Under the pieces are notes generated by a model that saw only the letters and a list, made by a program, of their open reading frames with translations, did not search any database and was not told the DNA's origin. Positions 14,042-28,400 of a stretch of DNA of 64,000 nt are shown here, one piece after another. Source of the stretch: Gnetum montanum (taxonomy: Eukaryota; Plantae; Gnetophyta). A program made the position numbers and the translations under genes. The number at the start of each line of letters is the position of its first letter. Position 1 is the stretch's first letter. The stretch spans positions 61,753 through 125,752 of the forward strand of contig MNCI01000472.1 in assembly GCA_015680685.1 (NCBI GenBank), in the 5' to 3' direction.

Positions 14042-14725
14042 TGATGAGTCATGATTTGACTGGCTTCGATATTAGAGCCTTGATATCGGATACCTAATAT
14101 CAGAGCCCAAGACATGATGTCAAATATCTAATATCTTGAGGTATATGTTGGCCTATAAATATAGTGCTTGTGCTCACAATTTTGGATCAATTTTTTTCAT
14201 AGCATAGCAAAGTTCTTGCAATTTTTTTTCTTCAAAATTAGTATATTTTCTAAGTGCCTGCAATAGGAGTTTGAGTGTGTACAAAACTTTATTCGAACAC
14301 TGATGTACCAGAGCATAGTAGTGGAATGGGAGTAAAGATGAGCGCTTTTCATCATCCTTGTAGCATTGAGAATAGATTATTATTTCTTTAATGCATTCAT
14401 AATTCAATCACTTTACTTTAATGCATTTTCATTAAGCAATTAATTTCTAGTTGCTAAGAAACACAAGCACAACCACTTTAAGCATACGTATAACACATGA
14501 TAACCCAAAAATACTTAATGTTTGGTAACCCAGAAGTGCTACATGCATTCAAGATGTGTTTAGAAAGTGGAAACAAGTACTTGTATTAGGCTAATAGATA
14601 AAAATCATGTGCCTCAATTGCACTTAAACCATACCCTTGGGCTTGATGATTAGCCAAGCAAAATTCAATGTTGGATACCTTTAAAATTTTATCTTTCCTT
14701 TGATGTAGAGATTATCACCTCATCT
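14042..14725 (+). repeat. Related Athila-like LTR or LTR fragment nested in element C
   Basis: TGATGAG start, GATATCGGA motifs plus CCTATAAATA, blocks shared with the LTRs at 46285 and 59336; right end and TSD unresolved. Confidence 0.55.
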
Positions 14726-16171
14726 ATGACTGACCCACAAGTCATACTTGTGAAGGAACGGTTTAAAAAGTCAAAAGAAATCATCAAGACAATAAATAAT
14801 TAGAATTGAATCTAAACAAATTTTACACTTATGCCTATCATTCATAAGTAAAATTATGAACCTTTATCTTAACTTCTAATCACAAGTTCAAGAATAAATA
14901 TTTATAATTAAATCAAATTGAAGTGAAAGTTACAATCATAGATGATGATGAAAATTATAAGGGAGACTTCACCTAATCTTGTGATTCTGCCTTGCTATTT
15001 TTACAATGCAGCAACCTCAATAGCCCAAAAATGGACTCTAATGGTCTATAATTGCTACAAAGCTCAACCAATCCTCACATAATAATTTTTTAAGGGAAAA
15101 TTAGGCTTCAATCTAATGTGGGTTTACTTGGGTATCAATCCTAGTGCACACCTTGGGTGCATGTTGGATTCATTCGAGTTGTACAAAAGATGCTAAAAAA
15201 TGTCCAAATGGTGCCCCTCAAGTTATAATTTGAAGTCTTATTTATACTTCACAAATTTTTAAAAATAACTATTTTAATAATAGGTAGATAACATAAATCT
15301 ACTAGTATCAAGTAAAAATGTCGAGTTTGGCATCTTGGGATCATGGACTCCAATGGAAATGGTGGAAGAGTCATCCTAAAACATAACGGTAGGGAACATC
15401 CCACTATTGCCAACTATCCTTGCTACATCCTATAGCTAACTTGGAATAGTAAAATCCTTTGTGCATCCTGTAGCTGCCACTATTTTGCTGAAACAATGAA
15501 ACCCTTGCTATGTGCTTGCCTACTATCATCGTCACCTGCCATTGCCATTGTTGTCACCTACCTTCATGCCACAACTACATCCATTGTCACTACATCTTGC
15601 TGCATCTCATCACATGCATTATTGTTTCTGCTTAGTGGCTAGTATGTCGACGCTATCCTAGCCCACATCGCTAGTGCTCTATGCCTGCTATCATTGTCCT
15701 TGCCACACTACTTGTCTCACATGTGCACTTTTTGCTGCCATGCTCCCCATCATTGCATTCTACTATTTTTACTCTTGCTACACTACTGTGAAACAGTGAA
15801 ACCCTTGTTCGTCAGCAACATCAAACCCTAACCGTCACTACCATCCTACTGCGTGCATCATCATTACTTACTACCACCATGCTCTGCATCACCTACCTTG
15901 ACCACACTATGTACTTGACGCTACTCCACCCATCTTCCTGTAAAAACCCCTAGTGACACCACATTTGCCAAACCCTCAGTGTTGCCAATGCTACTACGAG
16001 TGCAGCCAATGCCTATTTTTAGGGTTTAGGCTCAAAAAAACATACAATCAAAGCTACTACATAAAACATTTTTGGGGAATCTCATCCCTCTTCAGTATGT
16101 TTATAGAAGCAATGATAAAATGTGATTTGAGCAACAAGTGCAGGATGAGAATTTATAGAGTCCCATCTTCA

Positions 16172-16275
16172 AAAAATAAAGTAATGGTTACATGCTAAAA
16201 ATAAAGTAACAGTTACATGCCAAAAATAGAGTAACGATTACATGCTAAAAATAGAGTAACATTACATGCTAAAAA
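16172..16275 (+). repeat. ~25-bp tandem repeat x4
   Basis: AAAAATAAAGTAACAGTTACATGCT-like units. Confidence 0.8.
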
Positions 16276-16920
16276 TCAGAAATCCTATTTTGTGTTGTAC
16301 TTTAACCATTAATAAAACATAAGAATTCATTATGCCTATGGTAAGATACCTCACGTCTCAATATTTGCAGTCCCTTCTAAGTCCATCTCATCTCATTGTT
16401 TAAATAATCATAACTTGTGCTTTTGTGTAACATAGAGTCATTTTCCTCATTTGGTGGCACTAACATGTGTATTTTCCTTAATAGGTATGTGTTACATTCA
16501 ACTCTTTAAGTGCCTAATGATACTGTTAGGCGTGGTTATACAAGGGCATTAAGGGTTTGGAGCTTGCTTTGGGGAAGACCCACTTATATAACTATTGTAT
16601 CTTATACTTGTCCAACAATTGCACATCATCTTGAATCTTCCAAGAGCAATAAATGTTCATCAAAACTTCCCTTTACATCACATGACTCCATTCTATACCA
16701 AAGAATACATTACCCATCTCATCAAAACTTCATGAACTTTCATATTGAGATTCCTTCTTTACACACTATCCATGCCAAATTTTTGAAGAAATATGCATCA
16801 ACCATCATTCAAGACCCTCTAAATACACTTCAAACCTTCCAAAAAATCAAGAGGATTCATTTTCCATCTTCAAAGCTCATTGAAAATGGAAAATTCTTGG
16901 CCTCTCCAATATTTGAGCTA

Positions 16921-16970
16921 CCCTGATATCGGATCCCTGATATCAAATCCAACAAAAAGTATAAATAGGC
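16921..16970 (+). promoter_or_regulatory. Putative internal promoter of element C ORF2
   Basis: Two CTGATATC motifs (as in the LTR) followed by TATAAATA at 16960-16967. Confidence 0.45.
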
Positions 16971-17512
16971 GGACACTTAGCCAAATTTTTCATTTCTCAC
17001 ATTTGCACCTAAGGAATATTTTTCAACTTTTCTTCTCTGATTCCAACTCTAACATCTTAGCTTCACCAAGCCATAACTTACACATTATCACTCTAATTTT
17101 TGTAATTTTCAAATCTATTTGACCCCAAAGTGCTCTTCTTAGTCCTGGGGGTGCTAGTGAGGAAAATTTGAGCCAATTTTTCAAAAAATCCTAATGCCCG
17201 TATGGTATTTTAAGGGTAAGTATAAAAAAATTGAAAATTGTTAATAAATATCAATCATATTAATGCCAAAACACTTGAATAATTCTCTCAAGGAACCATA
17301 ACCATCATTACAAGTCATGAATAAGAAAAAATTAGACCATTGTGAGGGATTATAATGAAAGTAACACTTATGGAGTAACTTTCTGAAAATTCGCTAACTC
17401 TACAATCATTATGAACTAAGAACTTAATGTAACTAAGGGCATGGGTAATGTATAGGATCATTAACAATAAATGAGAACACCTTATTAATTCTAAATCCTT
17501 AATTAATTGTAG

Positions 17513-20225
17513 ATGGCCCCAAAGAGAGGAGCACAAGGAGGACCCTCACAGGCCACAAGTAACAGACCAAGAGGCCAACGTAGATGTTGAACAGGAGGAC
17601 AAAAACTAGAACATGCAGAGCAGGAAGCCTAATCCTTTAGCATTCATTAGGAAACTCCTACCACCATATAGACAGCCCAAGGAGAGGCAGTAGAACCACT
17701 AGTACAAGGACAATGCCTCACATTGTCACAAGAATTCCTCCAAGCTATCCAAGAAAAATTAATCCTTACCATAGTCATTGTGGAAATGAACTTTGGCCCA
17801 TTCATGGAATTTGTTCCAAAAGCGGTAAAGATGCAACTCCATGTATTACTGTTATGGCCCATCCTTTCAAATAGCGGTGAATGGTACCCTGGGAAAACCT
17901 ATCAATTCTAGCATAATAAAGAAGAATGCACCATGTCAGCATTAGAGAAATCTCTGTGTCATACTCAATCAAGGTGATAGTTGCAACTCTAAACATATCC
18001 AATGAAGGGGCAAGGGTAACACATTACTAAAAAAATGTGGTTGAAACATGCATATGGCAAAGAAGATAAGGGATACAATGAGTCTGGAGAAAATGATTTA
18101 CTTCAAAATTGACACATATTACTTTTTTACAACAAAAGGATTAAATAGGTCATCCACCTATGCAGCCAGAGGAAGTGTCATCCTAATGGAAAAATACAAT
18201 ACCAACATCGCACAACTCTAATTTATGGAGATCCAAAGGTAGTTTGAAGAAAGGAAGATAGGGAATCTAACACTTTCATTTTCTTGCCTTATCAAGAAGC
18301 TGTGCAGATGAGCTAGAATCCTAAGATATACCAACAACATTCCCAGGAAGGCCTAGAATGCTTCATATGTTAAATTTCTCAAATTAGCACCACCCAAGAA
18401 AGACCAAGGTAAGGAACAAACTAGCACTAGAGAAACCACACAAACCAAACAACAATAGCAAGTAAGTCCTGGTGGTAGGTAACAGCAACAACAAGTTCCA
18501 CCATCGCTGCCATAGGATTATAGATCGTCAATGAGTCATCTACAATAAATTACAAAGATTATTAGTTGGGGAATAAGAAAGGAGGACAGTCATTAAAAAG
18601 TTATCAACAGTGTCATTCAACCCATAGCTTTAGCAAATCCTAGGAGTGGAAAAATGTCATTACAATTAGGAGGAGGAGACCAATGATCACAACCGATCTC
18701 TAAGAACGCTACATCGTTCCAAGTGGTGCTAGAGACAAGAGAAGGAGCCACAATTGTGGTAATGCAGCACCAAGATGTAGTGGGTGTAGTAGAGGTGATC
18801 ACTAATCACATTAAAGACTCTTTCAACATACCTATTGTGCCACTGGTAAATCCAACTAGAGTAAGAGATGCTCAAATGTTAGCTAAAACCTCAATGACTC
18901 CTGTAGACCACAAAGATGTGATCAAATGACTAGTGCAAACTGGATAAGTGATGACAATACTTTTTGACATCCCAAGTAATGTCACTACAGTGTAGTCAGA
19001 ATTGATTACTACTCAAGGTAAATTGGTCATGGCAAAGACCAGGGTGAAGCATGTAGAAGCAAAACTTCTTGAACTACAAGAAGAACTTGTGACCCTAAGG
19101 GTCAAATGTAGAGACCCAACTTAATTCATTACATTTGACTAGATGGAACAATTCAAGATAGAGTAGATGAACCACCGTATTAAGTAGAACAAACATATGG
19201 AGAATCAGAAGGAGAAGGCAATGTGAAATGCCTTAATAGCAGAAGCCCAAACGTATATACATACTAAGGCACTAACTGTAGCCCAACAAGAAAATAAACA
19301 ACTCACTATAGAAAATATGTGGTTGACCATTGTTGAAAAATAGAAGAATATCCTAGAGGAAAGCATTCACCAATTAAGAGAACAACTAGTGAGGGTCAGC
19401 CAAGACATGAGCCACCTTGCACAAGAAAATAAAACCCTCTCAACGGAGGAGGTATGGGCCATTCGCCAAAAATCAACCATTGAAATAAGCTCATGGCAAA
19501 ATGAGGCAAAGAAACATGAGAGGCTCAAAGAACACTTCCATGACTAAGTGGGCATGTACAAGCAGATCAATAAGAAAGAAATCTAGATGGTGAAGGTCAA
19601 AATCAATATCAATTTAGCATAGAATCCTAACTAGCAACCCATCTTGGATAGTTATGCCCATGTTCACTAAGTAGAAGTCAAGAGTAAAGACTTGTAGATT
19701 GAGGATCTAAAAGAGTACATAAGGTTAGCCAACCTTCATTACACTAAATTGGCCATGTTAACAGCAGGTAGGCCCAAAAATGAACAAGAATAGCAAGTAG
19801 CAACCACATATGCCTAATACAAAAAAGAGTTTGTAAATCGTAAAGATGGTTTACAGAAACTTCAATTGGTAAATTCTAAATTAGAAGCAATAAAGACTAG
19901 CTACCAGAAAAAATATGTAGCAATAAAGATAGCTAGGAGATTGTCAAATTATCATGAATTAAGAGAAAAGGTCATAGCTTTTGAAAAAGAGAGGAGGCAA
20001 TTCATGCCTTGGTACGTTAAAGCCTATCAAATGTTCCCACAGTTGTTGTGTCCATGGGATATACCCACTCCATCACGCATTGCACAATAAGCATGGATAA
20101 TACATGATCCAAGAATGAAGTAAGAAAAGCTTCAAGCACTTCTAAACATATATAACTTTTAGAAGATTGACAACAAGGGGAAGCAACTGATGGAGGAGCC
20201 ACCACCACCAAGAACTACCTAGGCT
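17513..20225 (+). pseudogene. Degenerate ORF2 (Athila extra-ORF type; Transposase_32-like N-terminus, long coiled-coil C-terminus)
   Basis: TGTAG|ATG start, MAPKRGAQGG in frame with the 17723 ORF (WYPGKTYQF...LNISNEGARV); E/K/Q-rich heptad-like 19000-20050; many stops. Confidence 0.6.
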
Positions 20226-20440
20226 GCATCAATCTTCATCCAGATTTTGTTTTTTGTTTTTTTTTTTTGTTAAAATTTTTCATGTCATGTCTTGTGTCAT
20301 TTTTGTAACACACCATTGCAACATAAAAATTCATGTATATAGTCAATCAGTCATGTAAATCTACGTCCCAAATTTTGTAAGGAACTCTATCCTCATTTTG
20401 TTTTAACTCAAAGATGAATTTTCAGTTAGTCATGGGGGTA

Positions 20441-21262
20441 TGATAAAATGCATTTTACATAGGCTATAATATCGAGCATCCTATATCAAGGCCATGATAT
20501 CACATATCCAATATCAAAGACCTAGCTACGACATTGGATATCTGATATTGTGGGACACATGCTTGCCTATAAATATGACACTTAGGCGCCATGGTCTGAC
20601 ACACAATTCAGTTAACTTGTACTCAAACTCTTGTAATTTAATTTCGTACCTTAGCAATAAAGTGAATGCCCACAATGTGATGTTGAGCAATTGTATGGAA
20701 TCTTTATTCAAGTGAAGTGTACTTGGGCATAGTTCATGACAGAAATAAATATAGAGATTGCTTTTCATCATTACAATATCCACTTAGCTTTACTATTTTA
20801 CTTAGCATAGTTTTTAATGTTTCCTTAGCTTAACCATTTATATTTTGAGTACTTTACTTTCTTTGTTCATTAGTAAAGCAGAATGAGTATGACTGGTTTC
20901 AAGCATTAACTGTATTATTTTGCTAACTCAGTAGTGGTTTCACCTGACTTGCTTAGTAGTGAACTAACTTGGTAATCCTAGTAACAGTTACATGAGCCCA
21001 AGGTGTGTACGATAAGGCAAGAACAGATACTCATTACACTAGCCTAGAGAAGATTATTTTATGTTTTTCCTTAGACTTAGAATTATTTCCACACTTTACC
21101 ATCATAGATAGGAGACATGGCTAACACAACATCAGTGATCAAATACCTCATAGTGAGTTAAACCATGCACCTAGATTTTACTTGCTCACGTGGGAAGACA
21201 AAGATCCCTAACTTTAACCAATTACTAACATAATCACATTTCCTTGTCCACGGATTATGATC
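20441..21262 (+). repeat. 3' LTR of element C (3' end truncated)
   Basis: Direct repeat of 10463-11231; similarity stops at GGATTATGATC. Confidence 0.85.
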
Positions 21263-21390
21263 TGAGATCAAACAACTGAATTATGCAAAAAATGCTAAGA
21301 ATAATAATAAAACACTCAAGAAATAAAATGTAGGAAAAATAATAAGCATAAAGATTTTTCATGGTTCAACAAGGTGCCTATATCCACGCA
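21263..21390. mobile_element. Short copia-like LTR fragment
   Basis: TG start; GATTTTTCATGGTTCAACAAGGTGCCTATATCCAC resembles a common plant copia LTR block. Confidence 0.4.
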
Positions 21391-22320
21391 ATGGTCTTGA
21401 CTCTAGATAATGCAACAAATTTTAGACCTGTAACTTCTCTTGAACCAATGTCAATAGTAGCCTTATCTAGTGTCATTCCTTGAGATTTATGAATAGTCAT
21501 GGCCCATGCCAACCGTAATGATATCTGACAAGATGCTCCTCAGACCACAAGTATAATTGGCACATGATGAGAATTACCATTATCAAATGCACATCCAATG
21601 TAGGAGTCAAAATAAACAATAACATATGATGGTAATGCAGGTGGCTATTTACCTTGAGGATACATAATACTATGAATTGTGCCAAGTGCACCATTCACCA
21701 ATCTTGCTTTTGGCCAAAGGTTAACGGTGAGCATTACCCTTGCACCTTCACATATTAGTAGAGATCAGTCTATATCATCACTGTCATCATCTAAGATTCT
21801 AATATGCATCATTATCTCTATCTGCTACACACAATGCAACAAGTCTCTGCATTGTTCACAACATCTTCTTATTGTGTGAATGGACTTTATACTTTGTATC
21901 ATATAAGTGCATTAATTCTTCAAAACCATCTAATCCACTTAAAGTGGATGGAAGATTCATTCGAGTAGCCAATAAATTTTAATCTTCATCATGGCTTTTT
22001 CCTTCTTTGATATGCATCAATACTTTCCTAAATCTTTGTTGTTGAGGATCATTCCCAGACTAACAAAAAATTGCATCTAAAACAACAGATGTATCAAATG
22101 ATTCCCAAACCCCTATAATATCTAGATTTTTGGATGCATAAGGTACAACATCAAGCACAGGAGGAAGTTGACCTAAATCACCTATCAATATAACTAATCT
22201 TCCTCTAAAAACTTCATTGTGATATTCTAAAAAAATTTCTCTTAGTCATCTATCAATGCATTATAATAATCTTCCTCCCACAAAACTCATTTCATCAATT
22301 ACTATATATCTTACCTGATA
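21390..22320 (-). pseudogene. PIF1-family helicase of a Helitron (fragment)
   Basis: Manual translation: YIVIDEMSFVGG, ILIGDLGQLPPV, GARVMLTVNLWPKARLVNGALG, LAWAMTIHKSQGMTLDKA, FVALSRVK. Confidence 0.9.
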
Positions 22321-22327
22321 AAAAAAT

Positions 22328-22635
22328 TTGGCTCCCTTCCAATGACTCTTTGGCTTCCCTGCACATGATGCATGCACATAAGAGAATATGAAAAGATGAA
22401 TGGAGAGCCCAAGGGTCGAGGGCATCAATTGAATAGAGATTCAGCTCCCTTGTAGTGACTCTTTGGCTCCCTTGCATGTGGTGCATGCACGTGAAGAAAT
22501 ACAAAGAGACAAATGCAGAGCCCAAGGGTCAGGAGGCATTAATTGAATAGAGATTTAGCTCCCTTGTAGTGACTCTTTGGCTTTTTAACTTTTCAGATTC
22601 GTCTCCCCTGCAATACCTCTTTGGCTCCCCTAAAC
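22328..22635 (+). repeat. Degenerate ~115-bp tandem repeat
   Basis: GAGCCCAAGGGTC...GAATAGAGATT.AGCTCCCTTGTAGTGACTCTTTGGCT twice plus partial units. Confidence 0.75.
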
Positions 22636-23099
22636 ATGGTGCATTATGTGGAGGGCAACAAATCCACTCCCCCCCCCCCCCCCCCCAATCCTATGAGATG
22701 AGTTGGCCTCTCAACCAAAACAAGTTGGTGAAAAAAAATTTAAGACATGTTCTACTAATGTTGATGTAAGCAAGACATTTGATTTTGTTCTCCTTGATGA
22801 TGTATACGAGTCATTGATAGCTAATATTACATCATGATAGGTATTCATTCAAAAATGTATTTAGTCAAATTTTGTGTTTCCTTCCTCATAATCAAAGTAG
22901 ATTTACCTTCAATTTCATCAAGTGATGCTAAAATTCTATGTACAAATTTCCATTAATTCTAATAATGCATATTTACAAATTCATAAGCAAAAATTTAAAA
23001 CATTTTCTTTTACTAATATTCATACAAATAATACACCTAATTTTATTTTTCTTAATGATGTATAGGAGTCACTGATAGTTGATATTGCATCATGATATG

Positions 23100-24846
23100 T
23101 GAAACACCAGTAATTTTGGCCTAACACTTTGAAATGGGAACAACACATAGCCCTTTTAGCTTTTGGGAAGCAAAATTTGACTAAGGCATGGAACTCATGC
23201 CTACATTGCTCAAGCCAGCTTGCTCACACTTAGTTTCCTAAGCTAGCTTGTCCTCAGCGTGAGCAACTCCGACGACTTCAGAATCAAGTCAGAGTTGGTT
23301 TAATCTGAGGGTGCTAGGCATTCTCAAGGGTCACTGTTATGTCTAGTTCAAATTTCAACATTCAAGAATTCAAATTTTAGGTCAAATGGTGCAAATTTTC
23401 TCACTCATGTTGTAGTCACGCTGAGGTCACACTGGCAGTGTGAGTAAAGCATGACCAACTTTGAAAGCCTCAAAACTGAGTTGAAATGATCTAACTTCCA
23501 AGGTGCAAGTCATCCTTAGGGTTCATTGTTGACAACTTCAAGTTCTAGCCTCCAGAATTTTAGATTTTAGGAGTTTTTTTAGCTCACGTTGTGGTCACGC
23601 TACACTCACACTGGCAACATGAGTCCAACGTGTGTTACCAAAATGGTTCACAACAATGCACATCAAGCTCAATTTTTCACTTGCCAATCACTCTCAAGGT
23701 CAACCATAGTCAGACAATTGCTGTACTCAAGAAACAGGCTTCAAAGATCAAGATTTGATGCAAAATATGTCATTTTTAGCTTATGCACGCTGAGGTCACG
23801 TCGGTAGCATGAGTGCAGTGTGAGTGCAGCGTAAGTACTGATCACACTCAGGCGAAAGCATGCCAAACACACGCTGAGGACATGCCAAGACAAAATCAAC
23901 TCACGCTGGAAGCTCTGATGAAATAGAGATTCCTCGAATAGCCACAAAAACACTCAAATCAACATCCTGTAGTAGTCAATTTAGGGACCAAGAAGTTTCA
24001 AGTGAGCCAGAGCCAATCTCTCTTGTTGTAAATTGTCATTTTCATTGTAAATTTTCATCATTTGTAAGCTGGCCAAGCTCTTACACTCCAAATTGTATCT
24101 ACTTCCATTAGCGTAGGCTAGCTTGAGTAAGCCAACACACACTATAAGATACAATGCACCTGGTCAAGAACGTAGCTTACTTACACATGTCCAACTCATA
24201 CATAGTTGTCCATCGAACACGTGTCACTTGATCCATTTTCCTTTCATTTCTTAGCCGTTGATTCCATCCATGAATTTCACACCCAAGCCCAGCTGATCCC
24301 TATAAATACGCTGTCAATTCACATAAATAGGGTGGACAATTTTGAAGGTTGATGTCTTAGGAAACTCAGACCAGTAATCCTTGGGTGCTCGTGCACACTT
24401 GACTCCTAGCATCCAAGCACTTCTAAAACACATCACCCTGGGGCTTGGCGCTTGATTTGTCATCTACACATGTAGCTATACTTTGACCCATGCACATTCT
24501 TTCTAAGCAATACAATATAGTTCATTTTGCCAGCCATTATATTTTTTTCTCTATTTTAAATTTAGTTTATGCTTTGTTTACAATACTAGTTCTATATACG
24601 TTCTGTTTGCATTTTTTGTGTCACTGTTTACATTTCGAACATTAGTTACAATAACCCCAATGCAAGTCGTAGTTTATGCTTGGGGATGTCCTTGGTTGAT
24701 TTGCATGCAGACCATCCAAGGAACTCTACCTTCATTTCCTTTTTCCAATTTGCCCTCAGGCAAAGGTAGGGTCAACTATGCATGTCTGACACTCTTTCAG
24801 TGTTTGTTTTTCTTCCAACCTAACACCAATGGTTTAGGTCAATATA
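23100..24846 (+). repeat. 5' LTR of copy B
   Basis: TGAAACACC...TCAATATA (terminal CA mutated to TA); about 9 substitutions in the first 100 aligned bases versus the 3' LTR. Confidence 0.95.
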
Positions 24847-24852
24847 GTAAAT

Positions 24853-24870
24853 TGGTACTAGAAGGAGGGC
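24853..24870 (+). other. Primer binding site
   Basis: TGGTACTAGAAGGAGGGC, 6 nt after the LTR; resembles the TGGCGCTAGAAGGAGGG PBS of Tat-clade elements; priming tRNA not assigned. Confidence 0.75.
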
Positions 24871-25150
24871 ATTACCTGCAAAAATTATTACATTAATCAA
24901 GACTACGAGCCTACAAAACTCTTATGTTGCAGCGAGCACTTTAAACTCTGCAACTCCACCACTAGAACCCAAACAGCATACACACGCTAGTTAAACGAGA
25001 CACTTCATAGGTAGTCTGCCAAGTAACGCCCCTACCACCACCATCCACCAATCACAGTGAATTTCTCTCACCACTTGCCCAGCTTGTCAAGCTAGCTTAT
25101 GCATGCTCAGCTTGACTTACTCACCCTATCCCCAAATACCACATGCTCTT

Positions 25151-25442
25151 AGTTACTCACACTATCAGCTACTCACGCTATTAGCTTGCTCACGTTATCA
25201 GTTACTCACGATGTCAGCTATTCACGCTGTCAGGCACTCATGCTGTCAGCTTTCTCATGTTATCAATTACTCACACTATTAGCTACTCATGTTATCAGGC
25301 ACTCACATTGTCAGCTTGCTCACATTATCAGTTACTCACGTTGTCAGCTACTCATGCTGTTAGGCACTCACGCTGTTAGCTTGCTCACACTATCAGCTTG
25401 ATCACACTATCGGTTTACTCACGTTGTCAGTTACTCATGCTC
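25151..25442 (+). repeat. 16-17-bp tandem array (~18 units) in the 5' leader
   Basis: Consensus AGCT(T)ACTCACGCTGTC with CG/CHG decay variants. Confidence 0.9.
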
Positions 25443-25474
25443 AACTCATCCACACTAGTTTATTCATGCTCACT

Positions 25475-28400
25475 ATGGAATCCTCCCAGGTCAACACGAT
25501 GACACTGTTGATCTTTGACTTTGGGGCTGAAACCTTGAACCCAATGACTGCTACAGAACCCCTAACTATTATCGAACAGATAAACCCTCAAGTCCCTATG
25601 TGCCAGTCACTTAGGCTATAGGGCAAAGACCCTGCTTATGCAACCCTCACACTGGAACAATATAAATTTATTTGTGTGAAGATTTAGGCCAACCTACCTA
25701 TTGATAGTGTAGAGAGAGAAGAGAAACAAAACTATGAACTTATTTACAAAGGAGGTCGTGAGTTTATCCCCTCATCATTTGATATAATCCTTCTTTCTAA
25801 ACATCATCATAGAATCATATCCCAACTTCTCATGGCAAGAATTCAAGCCTTACAACCACCTCTAATAGAGCCTCAGAGTGGATATGAGGAAGATGACTTT
25901 GCAGCCCAATCTGAGCATGGGGATTTGTACCATACCGTCAATCCCCATGCCCATACAAACTTATTATTCCAACCCTTCCTGGAAGAGACCATACTTTCAC
26001 CTTCATCTGCGAACGCTCAACCACTGGCTTCTCTACAGGAAGTACCCACCTCCATTCCCATATTCTCCAAGCTCAACATTCAATCTAATACGTCCACTTC
26101 CATCATACCTCCGCATGTACAGTCCCAACAACCCCCTCCCCAAACTAATGCAAGATCGACTTTTCAACCTCAAGTAATTGGGATGCCATCGATTATACCA
26201 ACTTCCATGTCCACCCATTACATACCGCAAGTGCAAATCCAGGGAGCACCATTGATTACTTCAACCCAACATGTTCAGGGTTTCACCTCACAACATGTGG
26301 CTGGACAGTGGGTTCCACTAGCTGTTCAGCAAAACCAATCTACTCATTACAGCATACCACACCCTGCAGGCTTAGCTCTGAATGTTGCTCCACCTAAACA
26401 AATGATAGTCCAGCAACTTCTCCTTCCACAAATGATGCAAAAATCAAATTATTATCAACCACAACCCACTCAACCCACTGGTCTACCTACCACCCAAGAG
26501 TGGGAAGACACAAAGAAAATGATGCACTCATTAACAGAGGAGATAAGGCACCTTAACACTATGAACACTAAGGAAATTAAGGTATTGGACTTCTATCAAG
26601 ATAATCCAATCAACCCCTCAGTTCCACCGTTAACCTTGCCAAAGGGAGTCTTATTACCCCAGCTAACCAAGTACAATGGAGAGGGAGATCCAAACACCCA
26701 CCTAGTAACATTTCAAACAGAATGTCTATTGCTTCAGGCATGGCCTCATGTAATTATGCATATGTTTGCTATGTCCTTAATAGGAAAAGCCTTAGACTGG
26801 TACTAACCTCTACCCCATAACTCCATATCCTCTATGGAGGATTTGTTACATTAGTTCGTTACTTGTTTCAAATACAATCTAAAGCCCAAAGCCATGCTGG
26901 ATAGCTTGATTTAGATTAAATAAGTGCCATTAGAGCTAGTACATAAATTTATCCAAAGGTGGAGTGTAGCCTTGAATGAACTTCATGAGCCCATCCTTGA
27001 AACATATCTACTTACCATCCTTAAAGTGGCCATGAATGACTTTATTAAATCAAAACTTTATTATTTGAATGCCCGTACCTTAATTCAAGCATTTGTGCAA
27101 ATTAAGAACATAGAAGAGGCGGCACAAACAAGTAATGACCCATCTTACTCGACCTTTAGGAGCCAACATACAAGGAAAGATAAAGATAAATCCAAAACGA
27201 CGGTAGCAGCAATGGCAGAGACAACCCGACCTAATCATCCAGGATAGAAAGGAAAACAACCTATTGCTCCAACTGGCCATGAAAGAAACACACCCATGCC
27301 TACACTCAAATCTTCTTCAAATAGAAACACCAACATGGATCATGCTCGTACATTCGAAAGAAAAGACCCCACTCAATATACACCCTTGCCTATGAAGTCT
27401 TCACAATTCCTTGATCAACTTCTAAAGGTTGGATTAATTAAACATAAAAAAATGTCTCCTACGGCATCTCAAAAGCATGATTTATTTTGTGAGATAGCCA
27501 AGAACCCAACTTTAGCAACAGCTAATAAACCCCCCATTCCAAGAGACTTTAAGTTGAATAGGTTTTGTGAATACCACCAATAGTGTGGGCACAGAACTGA
27601 TTATTGTTTCACCTTAAAATAGGACATACAATGCATGATTGATAGGGGTCAAATAGTATTTGATGAGGCAAACCCAGTAAGGCCCCAAAACCAACCCATG
27701 GAAGTCTATAAAGATCCTCTCAATACCAATGATGCACCATATGTGATCAACACTATCCATGTGAAGAATGAATAGGACGTCCCGCGAGAACCTTTTGTGA
27801 TTCACAGGCCCTCAAAAAATACACCTATCCTAACATCTCCTCAAACCCCTTTCATCATATGCAAATCCCCTACATCACAAAAGCCATTCGTTGTCCACAT
27901 ACCTCCTTCTGTTGCAACAACAACCACACCATCCAAAAATCAACCCACTCCCTTTGTGATCTGGATGCCAAAACACCTTGACACACAACCCACTTCCGTT
28001 CCCCCGTAACCCCTACGAGAACATCTTGCCGATAGGCTAACAAGAGAGCACTTGGAAAGAGAACATCATGAGCCCAAATTAGGACCATCAAAGCCCATAC
28101 CGCTAAACATTGTTCCCATGGTTCCGTCCACTAATAAGCCTAGCACGAGTCATCAAAACAAGGATAATGTCACAGGTCGCATCCCAAACCCAGCATCCTC
28201 ATCTACCAACATAAAAATTCCTCCACGAGAAATATGAATGCTAGGTCAAATGGACCAAGTCTTCACAAACAAGGGTGCCCCAAATGGTAAAGACCCAGCA
28301 AGCACGTTGACCTAGATTATATAAGCCTTGAAACAAAAGAATACTTCCTTAAGCCTGTATGACCTAGTGATGACTTCACCAGTACATCGGGAAGCTCTCG

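Larger units (their letters stand above)
10463..21262 (+). mobile_element. Degraded, apparently pol-less Athila-like LTR element (element C) with ORF2
   Basis: Direct repeats 10463-11293 and 20441-21262, both starting TGATAAAATGCATTTTAC; decayed PBS TTAGCATCATT at 11294 (cf. TTGGCGCCGTT); CATGGGGGTA before the 3' LTR; protease remnant ~12540-12850 (ALLDLG, VDFPVIDV, GRTWL); no RT or INT seen. Confidence 0.75.

Noticed and set aside
25186-25401. ORFs in motif arrays (also 311-538, 33768-34344)
   Set aside because: Translations of tandem CTCACGCTG units with no protein-like signal
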